64,000 bases of DNA from Eledone cirrhosa (taxonomy: Eukaryota). The notes below the pieces were generated by a model. The model was not told the DNA's origin, did no database searches, and worked only from the letters and a program-made list of their open reading frames with translations. Below, one piece after another: positions 26,511 through 38,902 of this stretch (positions are counted from its first letter, which is position 1; every line of letters starts with the position of its first letter). Made by a program: the position numbers and the translations under genes. The stretch covers positions 407,526,001 to 407,590,000 of the forward strand of contig OZ024740.1 in assembly GCA_964016885.1 (NCBI GenBank), given 5' to 3'.

Positions 26511-26916
26511 ATATAATATTAAATTAACAACTTTAATGAATGTTTTTGACTATGAAAACTAGTCGAATAAGTTAAGTGTATACGCCCCTGATGATGGGAA
26601 AAATTGGACAGCACCACCTGAAGGACTTAACTCACACCTCAGGTATAATATGGAGATGTGCTACTATTACAATAGGCTGTTTATTTACATTTCTGGCCAA
26701 TACATAAAGCTTTCAAAAATTGGGAAGGAGGAGTCAGTCACATTTTGGCACCACATGTGGTGCTGTCCACATTTTCCCCCTCTTCAGAGGCTATTTAGTG
26801 CAACTTAGACTATTTTTTCAGTCAAAAACATGCATTGAAGTTGTTAACTTCATATTAAAAATTCCTAACTTGCTCAACAATATTAAAAATAGAATGTTTA
26901 TATATATTTATATATA

Positions 26917-28646
26917 TCATCATCATCATCATCATCATCGTTTAACGTCCATGTTCCACGCTTGCATGGGTTTGGACGGGAGTTTTCCCACTTGAGGCAA
27001 GAGTGGTTGTCTTGCTCGCATAGGACTGTCTGGCGGGTTTTCTACAACTGGATGCCCTTCCTAACACCAACCACATTTACAGTGTGGGGCTGGGAGGTTT
27101 TTACCGTGTTGCCTACATGGCCACATTACAGCGTGGACTGTCTGGCGGGTTTTCTACAGCTGGATGCCCTTCCTCACACCAACCACATTTACAGTGTGGG
27201 ACTGGGAGGTTTTTACCATGTTGCCTACACGGTCACATTACAGCGTGGACTGTGTGTTTTTTTGTCGTGACACCTACACGATCTCATTTGTTTCGGCCTG
27301 GATTTTGTGGCACCAACATAACTTTACATTGAAAGGGGCGGTGTGGATGGGGTGGGGGTGGTGGGACGGGGGTGTATTTTGTTAGAGATGCCTACTGACT
27401 GTAGTAGGTTTTACTTTGTATTTAGGTAAGGCGGGTCTTCTCTATTACTGAGTACCGCCAAAGGTCTCGGTCCAGTGACATTATCTTGGAGAGATGTAAG
27501 TGTGTGAGGTCGGAATTTATCAGCTCGTCCCAGGTTTTTCTGGGTCTGCCTACTCCATGGCTACCGTCTATCTTTATTGCCCTGCACTTTGCTATACAGC
27601 TGTCGTCTTTCATGCGCATCACGTGACCATACCAACGTAGCCTTCTCTCGAGTAAACAACATCTGATCCCTCTTATTTCTAATATTTTCCTTAGTTCGTT
27701 TATGCTTTGCCGTTCGCGTATATTACTATTACACATCCAGCGGAGCATGCAAGCTTCATTCCTCTCTAGTCTGCGTATATCCTCTGCACACAATGCCCAG
27801 GTCTCACTGCCATGCAACATTGCTGTTCGTATGCAGGCATCATACAACCTGCCTTTCATTTTTAGGGAGAACCCTTTAGCGGCTAATAGTGGTATAAGCT
27901 CTCTGAACTTTTTCCATCCAGTTCTGACTCTAGCTACTGTACTTTCAGAGCACCCTCCCCCACTGCTGATTTTGTCACCCAGGTAACGGAAGCTGTCCAC
28001 TATTTCTATAGAACCCTCTGCGCAGTTGAAAGAGCTAGTATTTTGTGGGCACTTGCTGCTACTTATTGCACCAGAGCACCGGCCACATGTAAAATCTGTG
28101 TTCTTAGTTAGCTTACCTGTGATCCCACTACATCTTTTATGCACCCATACTTTGCATTTGGGAGTTTCTACCTACGCCTTTCCTACACACTGAGCATGGC
28201 CATTTCCCGGAAGGGACCGGCGCCTTATTTTCTTTCCTACAAACTAGAACTTTAGTCTTAGCCAGGTTAATTTTAAGGCCTTTTGATTCTAGGCCGTGCT
28301 TCCATGTTTGGAATTTCTTCTCTAGCTCGGCCATTGATTCAGCTATGAGCGTTAGGTCATCTGCGTATAGGAGTTCCCATGGGCAGCCGGTCTTGAACTC
28401 CTCTGTTATAGCCTGAAGAGCAATAATAAATAGTAGGGGGCTAAGAACAGAGCCCTGATGGACACCAACTTTTACGCTAAACTCTTCACTATATTCGTTG
28501 TTAATTCTAACCTTGCTCACTGTTTCTTTATACATGGCTTGTATAGCTCTCACAAGCCATTCGTCAACACCTAGTTTTCTAAGAGCCCACCAGATAATGG
28601 AACGGGGGACTCTGTCGAAGGCTTTCTCCAAGTCGACAAAGGCTAA

Positions 28647-28648
<2 letters not shown>
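26917..28648 (-). mobile_element. RTE-clade LINE subfamily C, 5'-truncated
   Basis: ORFs 28137-28631 and 27422-28144; ~500-bp 3' UTR; (CAT)n; both ends abut (TA)n. Confidence 0.92.
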
Positions 28649-28686
<38 letters not shown>

Positions 28687-28690
<4 letters not shown>

Positions 28691-28881
28691 AGTCAAGACC
28701 CCGACGGCTGAGCTCTGGCTGTTTTGACAGCTAGATCCAACAGCTAGATCTAGCTGTCAAAATGGCCGGAGCTCAGCCGTCAGGGTCTTGACTCTTTTCC
28801 TATTACCCACTCTACTACCCTAAGTATCGAGTACTGTGGTGCATTATGGTCCACCTGGTATCTTACCACACCCTCTTTGTT
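28687..28881 (+). mobile_element. Fold-back element family H1 in (TA)n
   Basis: Hairpin at 28687-28797 plus a tail homologous to 22257-22340. Confidence 0.75.
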
Positions 28882-29432
28882 ATATATATATATATATATA
28901 TATACACAAATTGTTCTTAAGACAGAGTTGCTTTTACATAATTTTTTTTATTGCATAATATATATTTCAATGACATGGTTATGAAATGGTTATATTATTG
29001 ACAATCTCCATGTGACATCATCAGATGCTCATAAATTATGAGGTGTAGTTATGCAAGTATGCTGATATGCTGCTAGTATATTGGTGTGATGCAAGTGAAC
29101 ATAACACATGGAGACTGTGAATGATATAACCATTATGTAACCATATCATTGAAATACGTATTATGCAATAAAATAGTTCTGTAAAAGTAACCCTGTTTAA
29201 CAACTTTTCATAAATGGAAACTCCATCACACATAATCACCAACATTCTGCTGGGGATACACAACTGATGTGAAGTGCTTTTGGATTGATTAAACTGGTTT
29301 ATCCTTGCAACATTACAACGTAACCTCTACAGATAAACACCCTTATTATATCTGCACTATATATATTGTGTGTGTGTGAATGTGTACGCATGTGTGTGTA
29401 TGCATGTGTGTGTATGTATATATATATATATA

Positions 29433-32400
29433 TTTTCTGGGTGGGAAATGACGATGGGATGGGTGGTGTAGGTATCCTACTAGCTGACAAGTGGGTAGAT
29501 AAGGTAATCTCAGTGAACAGGGTGAGTGCAAGAATCATTACACTCGGACTAGTCCTGAATAAAACAATTACCACACTAATATCAGCTTACGCACCTCAAT
29601 CGGGGTTGCCAGACAAACTTAAGGATAGGTTTTACAAGTCCCTAATGCACACTACTGCTCTAACAAACGACAATGACTTCCTAATCATTGCAGGAGATTT
29701 TAATGGACACGTAGGTAAACACCATGACGGCTTCTATAGAGTCCATGGAGACCATGGGGTTGGCACAAGAAATAAAGAAGGATTTAGACTTCTAGAATTC
29801 TGCGACGCCAATGACATGTTGATATGTAACACAAACTTCAAAAAACCCGACAACCACCTGATCACCTATAGATCAGAGGAGCAGTCTAGTCAGATAGATT
29901 TTATCCTCATCAGAGGACAGGACAGATGGACCTCCCAACATAGCTTAGTTGTCAGCGACCTCATGGTCAGAACTAGACGAACCTGCAAACAGAAGCCAAC
30001 CTGGAGAAGAAAGATCTGGAAGCTGAAAGACCCCTCAGTCAGTAGCAGATTTAAAGATATTTTACTCAATGCCTACAACAGTAAAGAACAGATAGAGACA
30101 TTCAATGTAGAAGAGCACTGGGAGTTGCTAAAAAATAACTTACTAGAGGCGACGGACGAGATCTGTGGTTGGAGCAGGTCCACAGGGAGGAGGAGAGTGA
30201 CTTGGTGGTGGAACAATAAGGTAGATGAGGCAGTTAAGGCCAAGAGACAGGCATGGAAAGAATGGAAGAACGGGGGTAGCAGGGTACATTACATAGAGAC
30301 CAGGTGGGAAGCTAGGCGACAAGTATACTTAACTAGGAGGGAAGCAGAGGATAGAAAATTCAGAATGTTTGGCAATGTGAGGACCAGAAACAGGAGGTGT
30401 TCAAGATTGCGAGGCAGTGTGTCAGAGAGAATTGTGATGTCATTGGAGAGAAGTGTATCCGGAATGAGAAAGGTGAGCTTGCCCTCACAAGTGCTGAGAA
30501 GAAAGATGCGTGGAAGAGCCATTATGATAGATTACTAAATGAGGAGAATACATGGAAAGAAGAGACCCTACCCCAAGTAGACCCTATAGAGGAGTCGGCA
30601 GTACAAGTCAGCAGCAGCGTAGTAAGTAAGGCAATCAAAGATATGAAGACGGGGAAGGCAACCGGTCCATCGGGTATAGCTGCTGAGATGCTGAAGGCAT
30701 CTGGGGTGGTAGGTCACACTATAACCACACGTATTGTTAACCAGGTAATACTAGAAGGTGTCATACCAAAGGATTGGTGCAGTAGCATCATTGTCAAATG
30801 CTATAAAAGTAAAGGTGATGCACTAGATAGAGGAAACTATAGAGGTATAAAGCTGATGGACCAGGTCATGAAAGCAACAGAAAGAGTTATAGCACAGTTG
30901 ATTAGGGACCGAGTGAAACTAGATGAGATGCAATTTGGGTTTGTGCCAGGAAGAGGCACCACTGATGCCCTCTTCCTTGTGAGGCAGTTACAGGAAAAGT
31001 ACCTAGCTAAAAGTAAGCCACTCTACCTGGCATTCGTCGATCTCGAGAAAGCCTTTGACAGAGTTCCCCATGCTATAATCTGGTGGGCTCTTAGAAAACT
31101 AGGAGTAGATGAATGGCTTGTGAAAGCTGTACAAGCCATGTATAGGGGAGCAGTCAGCAAAGTTGTGATTAGCAATGAGTAAGGCGAGGAATTTAGCGTA
31201 CAGGTCGGTGTCCACCAGGGCTCTGTTCTTAGCCCTCTCCTGTTCATCATAGTCCTGCAGGCAATAACGGAGGAGTTTAAGACCGGATGCCCATGGGAAC
31301 TCCTGTATGCAGATGACCTCACACTTATAGCTGAATCTATGGTAGAACTAGAGAAGAAATTCCAAACTTGGAAGCAGGGACTAGAAAGAAAGGGTCACAA
31401 AGTCAACCTGACAAAGACTAAGGTCTTTGTAATTAGACGAGAAAACAGAACCTAGATCCCCTCAGGGAAATGGCCTTGCTCAGTATGTAGGAACTCCATT
31501 CTCTGCCCCAAATGCAAACAATGGGTACACAAGAGATGTAGCGGGATCTCAGGAAGCTTAACTAAGAATGTAGGCTTCACATGTAGCAACTGTTCTGGGA
31601 CAGCAAGCAGCAAACAGCCACAGGAAACAAGTGCCACCAAACTCTGGGAGCGCTCTGTAGAAACAGTAGACAGCTTCTGCTACCTAGGTGACCGAATTAG
31701 CAGCGGAGGTGGGTGTTTGGAAAGTACAATAACTAGGGTAAGAATGGGATGGAAGAAGTTCAGGGAGCTACTGCCACTGTTAGCTGCAAAAGACTTTTCC
31801 CTCAAAATGAAAGGCAGACTGTATGATGCATGTATACGAACAGCAATGTTACATGGTAGTGAGACCTGGGTGTTGTGTGTAGAAGACTTGCATAGATTAG
31901 AAAGAAACGAAGCCTGCATGCTCCGATGGATGTGTAATAGTAATATACGCGAACGGCAAAGCATAAATGAATTGAGAGAGAGACTGAGCATAAGAGGAAT
32001 CAAATGCTGTCTGCAGGAGAGGCGGTTGCGTTGGTATGGACATGTGATGCGTATGAAGGATGACAGCTGCATAAAAAGGTGCAGAGCACTAGAAGTCGAT
32101 GGAAACCGCGGAGTGAGGAGACCCAAGATGACCTGGGATGAGGTGATAAAAGCCGACCTTACCCAATTACACCTCCCAAAGGCGATGACACATGACCGTG
32201 ACCTCTGGTGTCATGCAGTAATACAAAGTACCCCCCCCCCCGGGTATAAGCCGAAGCTGAACCATATAGACAATATGCCCCTACACCCTCCCACTGCAAA
32301 GTGGTCGTGGAGGTGCCACGGCAAAAAAGCACCCAGCACTCACTGTAAATGAGGTTGGTGTTAGGAAGGGCATCCAGCTGTAGAACTCAAGCCAGAATCA

Positions 32401-32511
32401 GTTCCCGTATGAGCAAGACAAGGTCAGCCGACTGGACACTGCCCACGACAGGACAACCTGTCTAACCCATGCTAGCGTGGAAGAACGGACGTAAAACGCT
32501 GATGATGATGA

Positions 32512-32514
<3 letters not shown>
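29433..32514 (+). mobile_element. RTE-clade LINE subfamily B (APE + RT + PHD), frameshifted
   Basis: GVGILL, SAYAPQ, GDFNGHVG, QIDFIL, RT motifs, modular 3' UTR, (GAT)n. Confidence 0.93.
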
Positions 32515-32552
<38 letters not shown>

Positions 32553-34457
32553 TATAGAGAGAGAGAGATGCACAAACATACATATATATATATATAAGCA
32601 GGATTGATAATTACTAATAACTTTTTCTTTATAAATACCCCTCAAAACATGCTTCAATATTTGGAACTTCTAATTACCACAGTTTTCACTTGTATACTTC
32701 TTCATTAACATACACTCTTTACATATACAGGCACACAAATACACACATAAACAAAACAGACTCACATATATTATATAAAATTGAAATATCCAAACGTATA
32801 CTGTATGAATAGATTTTTAAATTTATTTTTGATATGCTAAATATTTAAAATTTTAATTATTGTTTCATTTTCAATTTACAATTAATTAAGAATTATATGT
32901 TTGCTGAACATTTATTAAATTGCTCATCACTTACATTTCTAGAATATTAAAGTATTCAATTACAGATATCATTTTAAAATTGTTCTTTATAATTCAGCTG
33001 TTAAGAGTTAAAATATGAAAGTTTTACTTTGTTCTATTATTTTACTGAAGTGTGGTAGATTGGTAGAATGGTTAAAGCATTGGATGAAATGCATTGCAAT
33101 AATTTCTTTATGGCCGTCTATGTTATGGCTTCAAATTGTTGAAGTAACCTTTGCTTTTCTTCCTTCTGGGGTTGATAAAATAATCAACTGCCCCAAATTT
33201 TAGCCTTATGCCTAAATTAGAAAACAATTTTTACTGGTTTCCTTCTTTAGGTTGTGGAAATTGCTGGAACATTACTCTCAGGAATTTTAGTCAAATATAT
33301 TATATCTTTATAGAACTTTATTTAATTGAATGGCTAGGTCTGTCTTGATGTAAAGAGATGTAGTTTGTATGGAATAAATATCACAAGTTATTTTTATTCA
33401 ATGCACTTATTTTTCTGCAATCCCATGTTGATACACACACACATACACAGACACACCACACCACACCACACACACACATACACAGACACACCACACCACA
33501 CCACACACACAAGGTTTCTGCAGTGATTCAGTCTATCAAATTTCACTCAAAAGGTATTGGCCAACTTGATTCTATAGTAGTAGTTGCACAATGGGATCAA
33601 ACTATGAGGTTGAAAAGCAAACTTTGTAATCACACAACCACACGATATATAATTTCACTAGTTCATATACATATTCATTTCTGACTCTGGTAGAAGGACA
33701 TGAATTTTAGGGAAGTTAAACAAAACTAATGAAACTAACCTTATATACCACTAACTTTATTGGTTTACTAACTTTATTGGTTCTAAAGGAATAAAAGATT
33801 AATTTGATTCAGGTGAGATCTGAACTAAGGATGTAAGAAGATAAGACTAAGTGCTGGTGGTAAGTCGGTAAGTTAGTTCAATGTTTTACTCTTCTAATTT
33901 CTTTGACACAGAAGATGTTATATTTAAGAGGAGGATGAACAACATTCTAATAAGGTAGAACAGTTTTAACTAGGGAATGAAATCATGTAATTATAATGGC
34001 TTCCAACAGCTTGTAAACATTTATTTTTCATTAAACATATTCATTTACAGATAGATTTGTAACATAAATACATTAATATATATATATATATATATGAGAA
34101 AACACATCACTAGAACAGCTGATAAAACAGTTAAATGCTGTCAAAAAAGCGATGGCCAAAAATGCCTCAGAGGACAGAGACAAGCAGCCAGTTGTCAACA
34201 GAGAATGGGATAGTGGACCTCAAGCTGTGGTGTCTGTCCTAAATAGAAAGCTAATCATAGCTATGATAAGGTTAAAACAATGTTACTCTGATCAAAGCTA
34301 TGATTAACGGCTGTTCTAGCAATGAGTTTTCTCATTTTTATATGTATTCAAATACACTCTTGCTTCGTCTTGATCAGAGACAACATTGTCATATACTGTA
34401 TATATATACATATATATATACAGTATATTGTCATATACTATATATATATACATATAT

Positions 34458-34668
34458 ATATTTATTAAAATAACAGATTAAAGTTTAAGCAAAGAATTGC
34501 TGCTTTCACCCTTAGTTTCAGAAGATCCTGTTAAGGGTGAAAGCAACGATTCTTTGCTTAAACTTTAATCTGTTATTTTAATAAATATTTGCTCTATGGT
34601 TCTTATATATTTGATATATATTTATCCTTATTGAGCCCTCTTTGGATTTTAGTCTTCACACTTATTAC
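34458..34668 (+). mobile_element. Fold-back element family H2 in (TA)n
   Basis: Inverted arms of ~54 bp plus a tail; homologous to 49195-49436 and 52944-53090. Confidence 0.75.
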
Positions 34669-34726
34669 TATATATATATATATATAGAATTCACAAGAAT
34701 CAAAGCTTTGTTCAAAGCATTTATTC

Positions 34727-34771
34727 ACTTACAATTGTTTCATCCAAACCTAGGCTTGGAGTCTTCGGAGC
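34727..34771 (-). ncRNA. Minimal hammerhead ribozyme (U4C variant)
   Basis: GCT-CCGAAGA-C-TCCAAGC(CTAG)GTTTGGA-T-GAA-ACAATTGT-A-AGT. Confidence 0.6.
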
Positions 34772-35426
34772 CTTTTTCAATCTTTGTACACATAATTGAC
34801 CTCCTTTCCAACGCAAGAGACATACAGATACATATATATATATTGATGTACAGTGGAGTGGTATATATTATACTATACTATTTTTGTACAGCAATTCAAA
34901 AGCAAAATCAAAATCAAAATTAAAATACATTCGGCAGATAACACAGATAATGCAATAGGATAGTTTTATAGTCAGTTCTAGTAGGTAGTGTATGCGTTAG
35001 TTACACGTGGAGCATGCAAGTGTGTCTCATTTTTATACTATTATTGTGTGGCAGAGTGTTACACGTAATGCAAGCACTTTAAGTGGGTAAGCAAGATTAT
35101 TATGGTGGTTGTAGTGGTAAGGTATTTTTTGTATAGAACAAAAAAGTATGTGTGCAGAAAAATAAAAATAAAAAGAAAAAGAAGAAGCAAAAGAAAGTTA
35201 TGGTTTTTGTATCCACCATCATTTTCACATTCAGAAAAAGTAAGATGTAGTTTCTATATCCATCACATAATGTATTTTAATTTTGATTTTGATTTTAATT
35301 TTGATTTTGATTTTGAATTTGAATTGCTGTACAAAAATAGTATAGTATAATATATGCCACTCCACTGTATCTGTATGTCTCTTGCGTTGGAAAGGAGGTC
35401 AATTATGTGTACAAAGATTGAAAAAG

Positions 35427-35471
35427 GCTCCAAAGACTTCAAGCCTAGGTTTGGATGAAACAATTGTAAGT
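35427..35471 (+). ncRNA. Second hammerhead copy, core mutated (CCAAAGA)
   Basis: Inverted copy of 34727-34771 with G5->A. Confidence 0.45.
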
Positions 35472-35668
35472 GAATAAATGCTTTGAACATAGCTTTGATT
35501 CTTGTGAATTCTATATAACTGCTCTGTAGAACAACTGATGTTATTACATTGAGCTATTTATCTTACTGGTAATAAGGTAGTAATAAATTACTGACCTTCA
35601 CTGTTTAGGGTTTAAAATATACATAACTATAAAAAGTTATAATATATACATAACCATAAATAGTATCC

Positions 35669-35714
<46 letters not shown>

Positions 35715-37149
35715 ACAGAAGGGAGCAGTCAATTATCTCAATACAGTTTGCTAGTACTTATTTTATTGATCCTGGAGTGATGAAATGTAAAATTAACCTC
35801 AGCAGGGTTTGAACACAAAATGTAAAGAGGCACAACTAAATACAGTAAGGCTTGTTTCTGACACTTTACTAATTCTGTTAATTCCCCACTCATATAAATA
35901 TTAAGAGAAGAAAATTTAATTTCTACATATAAACATTTTCATTCTCCTGTCAATATATGTGTACATTATTTTAATTTTTGTTTTAATAAAAAGGAACAAA
36001 CAATGCTAACAGATATGGCAAGTGTGGTAATATTCATACTGAACAAAGAATTGTGAGTAGAGTGTATTATTAAATAATAAATATTTATGCACAATGTATT
36101 ATTATGTATTAGTAATATCAATAATATATCACATATAGATATACAACTGTATATTTAAACAGAACCATATGGAGAAATCTAAGAAAATATTTCTCATGCT
36201 TAATATAAGAATGTATATAAAGAGATCTTGCATATGCTTTAGGAAATTCAAGTTAACCCAAACAAATTGTGAAAGTTAGTGTAGTTAGTGTGGGATAGTG
36301 GAACAAGAGGGGTTAGATAGATAACATTTTGAAAATATTATTTGAATAAAATCCAATCCATTATGCAGTTTATAAGATATATTGTTAGAAGAACCAAAAA
36401 AAAAAAAAGTTGTTATATAAAATAGATAATGCACCAAAAGCCCCAAAAGCAGAAGAGAAAGTGCATTTGTTAGAAACTGCAAACAATTATGTGAACTAAA
36501 AGGTTTAAAATGTAGTAAGAAGTATAACAATTTCCTGTTGCTAGACAACTCATAAATGGAAAAGGATTCAGAGGACAAACAGAGCTATGTTATAACTTAT
36601 TTCATAGGATATTTAATATTAATGAAAATACTATTTTAATGCCATATATATACTTACACACACACATACATAGATATGCAATATGCATATATATGTGTGT
36701 GCATGCATATATATATGTATACATATGTATACATATATATATGCATATATATGTATACATATGTATACATATATATATATATATGTATATATATATGTAT
36801 ACATATATATATATGTATATATATATATATATGCCAAAACTAGAACGTATGTAAGCAAGATGTGGCTTTGGTCAGTCTAGGAGGATAGTAGTTCCAATAT
36901 TAAATTTATCTGTAATGATCTGTCCAACCCATGCTAGCACATGAAAATAAACGTAAAATAATGAAGATGATGACATTGATGATGTATGTATGTATGTGTG
37001 TGTGTGTGTGTGCTTGTGTGTGTATGTTTGTGTCTGTGTGTGTGTGTGCCCCAGCATATCTATAGTCCAATGACTGAAACCAGTAAAAGATAAGAGAAAA
37101 TTTAAGTACTATAGTGTAATGAAATAGAATCAACAATGCTACTTCCTAC

Positions 37150-37204
37150 CGCAGACATTGAAGCATGAATTACTCTTAAAACTGATATTGATACCAGATT
37201 TAAT
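37150..37204 (-). CDS. Candidate host-gene exon (IKSGINISFKSNSCFNVC)
   Basis: TTTTAG acceptor, GTAGGA donor, 55 nt; phase 0/1 bridges the neighbouring exons. Confidence 0.4.
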
Positions 37205-37288
37205 CTAAAATTATGGTTTGAAACAGGTATTGCTGTATCTCTTTAAATTCTTTTCAACCCCATACACTACTAATGATACTAATTTAAC

Positions 37289-37476
37289 CGGTGGATTGGC
37301 AGTATTGGTAGAGGGTCGGACGCCATGCTTTGCAGCAAAGAGTTACGGCCCTTTATGGTCTGAGTTCAAATCTCGCCAAGGTTAACTTTGCCTTTCAGCC
37401 TTACGGGGTCGATAAAATAAAGTACCAGTGATAGACTGGAATAATTGCTGGCCTTGTGCCAAAAGTAGAAACAATT
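37289..37476 (+). mobile_element. SINE family 2
   Basis: Complete copy. Confidence 0.85.
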
Positions 37477-37652
37477 ATATATCATCGTTAGTACTAATAA
37501 ACTATGCATGAAAGCAAAGTCAGACTACATAGTTGATAATGTACAGATGTACAAGATAATTGTTTCGACTTTTGGCACAAGGCCAGCAATTATCCCAGTG
37601 TATTACTGGTACTTTATTTTATCGACCCCATAAGGATGAAAGGCAAAGTTAA

Positions 37653-37871
37653 CCCTTTAGCATTCAAACTGACCATATCCGGCCAGAATTCTCTCACCTC
37701 TTTCTGTTCAAACCAGCCATAACTGGCCACTTATACTAACATTAAGGTATTGTTCTCAAAATAAATAATATCAAAATCTCATAGATTCAATATTATGAGA
37801 TGATTACGTTAGGTAAAGCCTTTATCATGAAAACATAATAGTATATATAGAGTAATGTAAATGCTAAAGGG
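37653..37871. mobile_element. piggyBac-type MITE
   Basis: TTAA duplications flank TIRs CCCTTTAGCATT/AATGCTAAAGGG. Confidence 0.85.
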
Positions 37872-37917
37872 TTAACCTTGGCGGGATTTAAACCCAGATT
37901 GCAAACCCGGATTTAAA

Positions 37918-38902
37918 CCCAGACTGGCAACTGAAGCTGGCTGTGGACAAGTGTACCACCATGCATTTTGGAAGGAAAAATCCAGCGTCCACATACTCCC
38001 TCCACAACACTGACATCAAAAAGTCCTCTTGTGAACGTGACCTGGGCATTACTGTCAGCAACGATTTGCGTTGGACAAAGCATGTCTCTAAGATTGTCAA
38101 GAAGGCCGAGGGTGTCTTGGCATCACTCAGCAAGACCTTTGTTAGCCGCTCTCCAGCCATCTATTTAAAACTGTATACAGCTATGGTGCGACCACACTTG
38201 GAATTCGCATCATCAGTCTGGAACCCCTATCTTGCTCGGAACATTGACCTCCTGGAAACTGTTCAGAGACGTGCAACCAAGCGCATACCCTCCATCAGAC
38301 ACCTACCATACTCTGAACGCCTTGCTTCCCTGGGCATGGATTCATTGAAGCTCCGACGTCTGGCAGTGGACTTGGTGAATACCCACAAAGTTTTTAACCA
38401 TCTCGCCAACTGCAACCCTGAGCGCCTCTTTGATCTCCATGTATCTAACACACGTGGACATGCCTACAAGATAAGAAAACAGCACAGCTCCCATGACTTT
38501 CGCAGACATTTTTTCACGCTCAGAGTTGCTGAAACATGGAACAAACTGCCTGCGTCAATTGTTAGCTGCCGAGACACTGCATCCTTTAAGACACTCATGC
38601 TTCCCGAAATACGCCAAAACTACACCTGATGTGCCCCTTCCATACACATGCACACATGTGTGCACTGTTCATTTTACTGATGTTTGTGCATTGCCCTATG
38701 TACTGTACATGCACTTTTTTGATGGGTTGTGGTGCACCTGGGCACTGTGCACAATATTTCATTATTGTTATTGTTATTATATCATGACTCATACACTGTT
38801 TATTTTCCTGACATTTGTACATTATTCTATGTACTATACATGCACCTTTGATGAGTTGTAGTGCACCTGAGCACTGTACACAATAATTTCATTATTATTA
38901 TT
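37918..38902 (+). mobile_element. CR1/L2-group LINE 3' fragment
   Basis: KCTTMHFG, ERDLGI, LYTAMVRPHLEFASSVWNP, LETVQRRATK; duplicated 3' UTR; (TTA)n tail. Confidence 0.88.

Larger units (their letters stand above)
34684..35670 (+). mobile_element. PLE-like element with ~245-bp inverted pLTR-like repeats, hammerhead motifs and a 3' tail
   Basis: 34684-34931 is inverted relative to 35268-35515; each arm has a hammerhead motif followed by AATAAA; flanked by (TA)n. Confidence 0.7.

Noticed and set aside
26550-26650. CTGATGA and GAAAACTAGTC near each other
   Set aside because: Could not build consistent stems I-III.
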